Part shown: piece by piece, positions 58,985 to 64,000 of the stretch
How the letters are laid out: the number at the start of each line of letters is the position of its first letter
Position numbering within the stretch: the stretch's first letter is position 1
NCBI GenBank assembly: GCA_027310185.1
Contig: DAIDBH010000014.1
Span: 1 to 64,000, forward strand
DNA from: Thermoplasmatales archaeon
Lineage (GTDB): Archaea > Thermoplasmatota > Thermoplasmata > Thermoplasmatales > Thermoplasmataceae
Length of the DNA stretch: 64,000 bases
Direction of reading: 5' to 3'
The notes under the pieces: model-generated
Told to the model about the DNA's origin: nothing
Database searches by the model: none
What the model saw: the letters and a program-made list of their open reading frames with translations, nothing else
Translations under genes and position numbers: made by a program

Positions 58985-59522
58985 TGGAAAGCTGCCGCTT
59001 GTGATCATGTCCGGTGGCACTGGATCAAGAATGAACATGCCTGATAAGGGTTTACTCATGATAAGGGGTGAAACTCTCATAGGACGGAATCTCAAGTTTC
59101 TTGAAGATGTTGCAAAGCCTGTTTATCTTGTAGTCACTCCAAATACAGAGATCACTGAAAAATACTATTCTGAAAAACTCGAAATAATCAAGACACAGGG
59201 AAAGGGGTACTCAGAGGATCTTGGGCAGGTCCTGAAAAAAATAAATAAATATCCAGTAATGGTAATCCCTGGAGACATCTATTTTTCTGATCAGGAAGTC
59301 GTGGAAAGCTTCATTTCCTTTGCAAAGAAGAGTGGCAGGGGCATTGTTTCTATGTTAATTGAAGGGCTGTTCTGTGGTGTGAGCGTATTTTTCTCCCCTC
59401 CTGATGAGGTAAAAAGTGAAGATTTCCAGTCCTTTGATGTTTCAGAAAAGCAGGCATATAATGTAAACACTGTTGAGGATTTTTTCCTCATACTTAACAG
59501 GCTGAAGAGACAGAAGAACTAG
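58971..59522 (+). CDS. NTP transferase, CobY/MobA-like
   Basis: MSGGTGSRM..DKGLL, GKGYSEDL, PGD, NVNTVED. Confidence 0.75.
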   Translation: MEKNDGKLPLVIMSGGTGSRMNMPDKGLLMIRGETLIGRNLKFLEDVAKPVYLVVTPNTEITEKYYSEKLEIIKTQGKGYSEDLGQVLKKINKYPVMVIPGDIYFSDQEVVESFISFAKKSGRGIVSMLIEGLFCGVSVFFSPPDEVKSEDFQSFDVSEKQAYNVNTVEDFFLILNRLKRQKN

Positions 59523-59523
59523 T

Positions 59524-59955
59524 ATGGTAAGCGATCGTACTAAAAGAGCCGGAAGGGCACTCCTAAAGTTCTCTTCTTACTTCAGGGAAAACAGAGATGC
59601 AGCCACAGTAATGCTAGCTGGTGCAGTTATAACATTGATAGTTTCCATATCTGTTCTTTATCTTTCAATCCTCAATGGAAGCTTCGTGAAGACGGATAAT
59701 GCAATTTTTGAGGTCCTGACTGATGCTATGGCACCCGTACTTGAGATTGTTGCATCAGTGGTTATGTTCAAGAGGGTAGATCTGCACAGATCAATAGGTG
59801 GACTCGGCATCCTTATGGGAATAATTTCACTTCCGGGAAGCGAGGGAGGCTTGCTGATTGGGTTCATATTTGTGGTAATAGGTGGAGCCATGAGCATGCT
59901 TTACAGGGAACCGTACGTGGTAAAAAGTGGTGAGATTAAACAGGAAAATAGTTAG
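59524..59955 (+). CDS. Membrane protein (DUF6114-like)
   Basis: Four TM segments; C-terminal GGLLIGFIFVVIGG. Confidence 0.65.
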   Translation: MVSDRTKRAGRALLKFSSYFRENRDAATVMLAGAVITLIVSISVLYLSILNGSFVKTDNAIFEVLTDAMAPVLEIVASVVMFKRVDLHRSIGGLGILMGIISLPGSEGGLLIGFIFVVIGGAMSMLYREPYVVKSGEIKQENS

Positions 59956-60000
59956 TGACAAAATTTTAGTTTGAATGAAAAACAATATTAAATACTGCCA

Positions 60001-60336
60001 TTGCTATGTTCATTCACGATCTCCAACATTGTATATTATTTATGTATTCTTCTTGCAGCCATAGGATTCTTCTTTCTTGGCGCATGGTTCTACCAGATAA
60101 TTTCATGGTTTCCAAGGGGAGGCAAGCCTGTTACCGGAACCAGAAGCCTTATAGGGAAGATTGGCCAGGTAGTTAGGGATAACGGTACAAACATGGTTGT
60201 AAGGGTTGATGGACAGAACTGGAATGCAAAATATCAGGGTGCAGACAGGCCATATGTGGGCGCAAAGGTGAAAATAATTTCTGTCAGGGGACTGAGTCTC
60301 ATGATAGAATTACCAACAAAATACACAAAGAAATGA
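60001..60336 (+). CDS. NfeD-like C-terminal OB-domain membrane protein, copy 1
   Basis: TM then TG..SLIGKIG.V...VRVDGQNWNA...G.KV.I..V.GL.L. Confidence 0.85.
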   Translation: MLCSFTISNIVYYLCILLAAIGFFFLGAWFYQIISWFPRGGKPVTGTRSLIGKIGQVVRDNGTNMVVRVDGQNWNAKYQGADRPYVGAKVKIISVRGLSLMIELPTKYTKK

Positions 60337-60602
60337 GTCGTGAAATATTTAACTAAATGTTAATTAATTATAATTCCATCCTAAGATATGATAAGCGACG
60401 ATCTGTTTTACATATCAATATTACTTGTTGCAATTGTTTTCTTCTTTTTCGGTGCCTGGTTCTACAGGCTAGTATTATGGTATCCCAGAGGTGGAAGAGC
60501 AGTTACTGGCACTAAGAGCATGATTGGCAAGATTGGACAGGTTGTAAGGGATAACGGTACAAACATGGTTGTAAGGGTTGATGGACAGAACTGGAATGCA
60601 AA
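60175..60602 (+). repeat. 56-bp identical direct repeat (60175-60230 and 60547-60602) inside the two NfeD-like genes
   Basis: AGGGATAACGGTACAAACATGGTTGTAAGGGTTGATGGACAGAACTGGAATGCAAA occurs in both copies. Confidence 0.9.
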
Positions 60603-60702
60603 GTATGTAGGAGAACAGCGACCTGAAGTTGGTGACAGGGTAAGCATTAAGGATGTGAATGGACTCAACCTTCTTGTGGAGGAGATAAAGGATGGGAATT
60701 GA
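60388..60702 (+). CDS. NfeD-like C-terminal OB-domain membrane protein, copy 2
   Basis: Paralogue of copy 1 with the same motifs. Confidence 0.88.
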   Translation: MISDDLFYISILLVAIVFFFFGAWFYRLVLWYPRGGRAVTGTKSMIGKIGQVVRDNGTNMVVRVDGQNWNAKYVGEQRPEVGDRVSIKDVNGLNLLVEEIKDGN

Positions 60703-60901
60703 TTGTTCCCAGCTGGGAAGGGCACTAATAATAAGAAGGGATGGAACAAGGAAACTGCTTTCTCTGGAAGATACGATCCGGCTGTGCGAGGAGTCTCTGA
60801 ACTGTGGTAAGGCGTTTCATGAAATTCTGAAGAAAAGTGAGCCAAATCTTAAGGTTATAAGATTCATTCAGGACGGAAACGATGAAGATAGTACTGAATA
60901 A
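60692..60901 (+). CDS. Small hypothetical protein
   Basis: 69 aa; SD GGAGG upstream; overlaps both neighbours. Confidence 0.6.
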   Translation: MGIDCSQLGRALIIRRDGTRKLLSLEDTIRLCEESLNCGKAFHEILKKSEPNLKVIRFIQDGNDEDSTE

Positions 60902-61703
60902 TGGATCATTAAAGGCTGATATTGACAGTGATGGATGCTTTATTGAAGGTGTCGAGTTCAGGGAAAATGAGATCATAAAGAGGACATCGGATGGGCACAA
61001 GACCCACGGTGGGTGTTCACCCCTATTTCCATATGCGAACAGGATAAAGGGTGGATCATATGAATGGCTTGGTAAATCATACGGGTTCAAGACAGGCCAA
61101 GATGGAAATTCCATTCACGGATTTGCAAAGGATCGCCAGTGGGACATAATGGATCAGAAGGAAGATTCTATTCAAATGAAACTTGACCTCAGGGATGAAT
61201 CCTATCCATTTGATGTGGAAGTTACAGTGGATATTGAAATAAGTCATGATGGCTTCAGGGAGAATGCCAGGTTTGTTAACAGGGATCATATACCGGTCCC
61301 ATTGAGTCCTGGCTTCCACCCTTATTTTGTAACAGGATCAAACTGGGAGATTTTCCTGAAATCAAGACCACTGAAATCGCTGAAGATAGATCAGTACTTT
61401 CCATCAGGGAATTATTCAGAATTCTACCGACATTTTTACAAAAAAGATTCACATGTTTTCGATGACTGCTTCAGGTATTCTGGAAATATACAGTTGAAGG
61501 GAGATTATTTTGCCTACAGTATAGAAAGAATGAACTCTGAATTCTTCATGGTTTATGATGGTGTATTCAGCGATTCAAGGTCTGTCGCCATAGAACCAAT
61601 GGCATCTGAAGTTAATTCGTTCCAGACGGGGAATGGGCTTAAAGTATTGAAGCCAGATGAGGTTTGGGACTTTGGATATTCGGTCACAATCTCCTCCCTT
61701 TAG
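60882..61703 (+). CDS. Aldose 1-epimerase family protein
   Basis: LFPYANRI, IHGF, YPF, GFHPYF, FDD, VAIEP. Confidence 0.9.
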   Translation: MKIVLNNGSLKADIDSDGCFIEGVEFRENEIIKRTSDGHKTHGGCSPLFPYANRIKGGSYEWLGKSYGFKTGQDGNSIHGFAKDRQWDIMDQKEDSIQMKLDLRDESYPFDVEVTVDIEISHDGFRENARFVNRDHIPVPLSPGFHPYFVTGSNWEIFLKSRPLKSLKIDQYFPSGNYSEFYRHFYKKDSHVFDDCFRYSGNIQLKGDYFAYSIERMNSEFFMVYDGVFSDSRSVAIEPMASEVNSFQTGNGLKVLKPDEVWDFGYSVTISSL

Positions 61704-61710
61704 ATTCTTA

Positions 61711-62205
61711 TCATTTCGTTCTGAAATGCTTCACCATAATCCCGAATGCCTCTCCAAGGATTATTCCTGCCAGGAAGGTAAATGTGATTGTGATTACCGG
61801 GTCCACAAACGTTGGGAAGTGCGGCTCGTATAGATACGAATACCACTTTACAAGGAAAAGGAATGACCATGCTATGGCAACGCCCGCTGATGACTGATAT
61901 ATTTCATTTCCCTTCCTTCTAGTTATCTGTGAGAGATCACCTATTATGAAGCCGAGGATAAAACCTAGCAGGTATATTACCATGGAAAATTCGAACTCGA
62001 GAAATGTCAGTGTTATGGATGAATACAGGGTCAGTAGTAGATAGATCAGGGGATAAATAACAATCTTCCTTGAATAAGTCTTCCCAACCTTGGCCCTGAC
62101 TGCCCTCATAACCATAAGAAATATGGTGAAAATAAGGAAAACATAGAACTGTATTTTGAAGCCTCTGATTATACTGATGATACTTTCCTCACTCAACGCA
62201 AACAT
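61711..62205 (-). CDS. Membrane protein (DUF1453/CcdC-like)
   Basis: About 5 TM segments; R..R...G......I..P.IY pattern. Confidence 0.65.
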   Translation of the reverse strand: MFALSEESIISIIRGFKIQFYVFLIFTIFLMVMRAVRAKVGKTYSRKIVIYPLIYLLLTLYSSITLTFLEFEFSMVIYLLGFILGFIIGDLSQITRRKGNEIYQSSAGVAIAWSFLFLVKWYSYLYEPHFPTFVDPVITITFTFLAGIILGEAFGIMVKHFRTK

Positions 62206-62353
62206 ATTTATTTATATCCTCCAGAAAATATTGAATCCTGTAACCTGAAATTGGATTTATACTATTTCATTCCTGTTCATATCGTTGGATGATGAATGGC
62301 CCGAATAATCATTATAATCCCAATTCATTAATAGAACTTTGCAATAACGAATC

Positions 62354-62545
62354 ATGGATATGGGAAAAGTATTTCTTTTTGCCCTTTTAGGGGGAGTTAT
62401 GGGTGCAGTTCTTGGTATAGTTGCTGCCCTCCTTGTGTCAGGAAATAATTTCAGGGTAATGTTTCTGATGACATTCACTGAAATTGGGGTTATAGTTGGT
62501 CTCCTTGGAGGAGCAAAAATAGAAGACACTAAATCGGTGAACTAG
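62354..62545 (+). CDS. Small two-TM hypothetical protein
   Basis: Gly-rich hydrophobic hairpin with ATG start. Confidence 0.5.
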   Translation: MDMGKVFLFALLGGVMGAVLGIVAALLVSGNNFRVMFLMTFTEIGVIVGLLGGAKIEDTKSVN

Positions 62546-64000
62546 AAGATCAGATCTTTCAGGACCGGTTTTTCCTTTTCTATATTTACCGTAATTTTTT
62601 CCGAATCTCCCTTTCCATCAATTTCTGCAGTTCCATTTATTGATTTGAATTTATGCCATTTGTTCCCGAAGTATATTTCCCTATCAACATCTCCAAAATA
62701 GTAGATTTTTTGTCCCACAATTATGACAGAATTATTCTTCTGGTAAAGAGGCAAATCTCCACCTGATCTTACTCTCCTGCTTCCACTGTATATATCAGAT
62801 GATTCATAATCATACCACCTTCCTTCTGGGAGGTACAGTTCCCTGTTCTCCTGTGACTGAACAAGAATGGGCGCAAGTAAAAGCTCCTCACCGACCATAT
62901 ATTCATCATCAATCGTGAATATGCCTTCCTCTTTAGGATAATTGAAGGCAAGTGGCCTTATGACCGGCCTGCCATACTTTTCAGCCTCAATGCATTTCCA
63001 GTAGAGATATGGCACAAAATTATGCCTCATGTTAAGCAATTCACCGAAACGTCTCCTGTAATAACTGTCAAAGACATACAGCTCCTGATCGTTTCCCATT
63101 TTGACCTTGTGATTCCTGTATACCGGGAAGAATAGGGCCATCTGGTAAAATCTCAGGATCAGTTCAGGACTTGAATAACCTGAAAAACCCCCAAGATCAC
63201 ATCCCACATATGGAACTCCAGATATGCTCAATGAAGTCAGGATAGGTATCTGGAGACCCATGTTCTCAAATGTTGATAGCCCGTCCCCACTCCATATGGC
63301 CGCATATTTCTGTATACCTGCAAATCCGGACCTGGATAAGATGAAGCTTTCTCCAGGCTTCATTGCCTTATATGTATATTCTGCCTCCTTCAGTGCATAT
63401 GCATTATGTACCTCTGAATGTTTTACCATCTTTCCATTCACTTCATGAACAGCGTCAAGGTCTATGGTTCTTGATTCCACATTGTGCACTGATGGATCGT
63501 TCATGTCAAGCCAGATGCCATCATAACCCTTTGAGAGAAAATTTGACATCTCCCTGAACCAGAAATCCCCACCCTCTTTCTTGAAGAAATCTGGAAATAC
63601 ACATTTTCCCGGCCAAACGTCTCCTGTATATATTTCACCCTTTGAAGTTTCTATATATGAACCCAGGCCCCTCCTGAATATTTCACTTTTCTGGTCTGCC
63701 TTCAGACCCGGATCGATTATGGGAATTACCCTTACATTCTTCCTGTGAAGCTTTTCTATCATTCCCTTCATATCAGGAAATTTACTTGTATCTTCCGTGA
63801 AGATCCTGTATTCATCCATGTAATCTATATCCAGATAAACTGAACCAACTGCGTGAGGACCGAATGCCTTCTGATAATTTTCAACCACTTCTTCCACTCT
63901 GTCCTGAGGGTAATAGGAATACTTGGATATCTGATGTTCAAGAGCCCATTCTGGGATATGGAATGGTTTTCCAGTCAGTTCTGTGAATTTCTGCAACACA
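62542..64000 (-). CDS. GH31 alpha-glucosidase, C-terminal part (N-terminus beyond window end)
   Basis: YLDIDYMD, IIDPG, VWPG..VFPDF, nucleophile GIWLDMND, WSGD, GCDLGGF, RNH. Confidence 0.93.
   Translation of the reverse strand, partial: VLQKFTELTGKPFHIPEWALEHQISKYSYYPQDRVEEVVENYQKAFGPHAVGSVYLDIDYMDEYRIFTEDTSKFPDMKGMIEKLHRKNVRVIPIIDPGLKADQKSEIFRRGLGSYIETSKGEIYTGDVWPGKCVFPDFFKKEGGDFWFREMSNFLSKGYDGIWLDMNDPSVHNVESRTIDLDAVHEVNGKMVKHSEVHNAYALKEAEYTYKAMKPGESFILSRSGFAGIQKYAAIWSGDGLSTFENMGLQIPILTSLSISGVPYVGCDLGGFSGYSSPELILRFYQMALFFPVYRNHKVKMGNDQELYVFDSYYRRRFGELLNMRHNFVPYLYWKCIEAEKYGRPVIRPLAFNYPKEEGIFTIDDEYMVGEELLLAPILVQSQENRELYLPEGRWYDYESSDIYSGSRRVRSGGDLPLYQKNNSVIIVGQKIYYFGDVDREIYFGNKWHKFKSINGTAEIDGKGDSEKITVNIEKEKPVLKDLIF

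Noticed and set aside
58971-59522. Cobalamin biosynthesis cluster
   Set aside because: Only a single CobY/MobA-like gene is present, with no other cob/cbi genes, so no symbol was assigned.
1-64000. CRISPR array, cas genes, rRNA, reverse transcriptase/DGR
   Set aside because: No regularly spaced repeats, long GC-rich RNA genes or matching protein motifs were seen on reading. The NfeD 56-bp repeat is identical rather than A-mutated, so it is not a DGR TR/VR pair.

Overview
This 64 kb window is AT-rich archaeal chromosomal DNA. Gene content points to Thermoplasmatales, possibly Cuniculiplasma-like (thermopsin, HD-fused Trm56, rhodanese-fused ThiI, LonB, archaeal rpo7-spt4-rps24e-rps27ae). This is inferred by eye and no database was searched. 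The first ~5 kb is the decaying end of an integrated mobile element. It carries an ISL3 end, small orphan genes, a cluster of iteron-like heptamers, a GC-rich foldable non-coding segment, a DUF5678 + retropepsin-like protease pair and a frameshifted tyrosine integrase. The rest is mostly backbone: msrBA, trm56, three tRNAs, a TrmB-linked sugar ABC operon with two glycoside hydrolases and a palindromic operator, a B12-radical SAM enzyme, a glycosyltransferase/pilin patch, chdC-thiI, a very long Lhr helicase, a five-gene MoxR/DUF58 operon upstream of a multidomain thermopsin, lonB-cgi121-pfkB-gamma-CA-eno-dph5, tandem NfeD-like genes and a truncated GH31. Three small genes missing from the ORF track were recovered. 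No CRISPR array or rRNA was seen. The best candidates for uncharacterised systems are the DUF5678/aspartic protease module with its adjacent structured non-coding DNA, and the MoxR-thermopsin surface locus.
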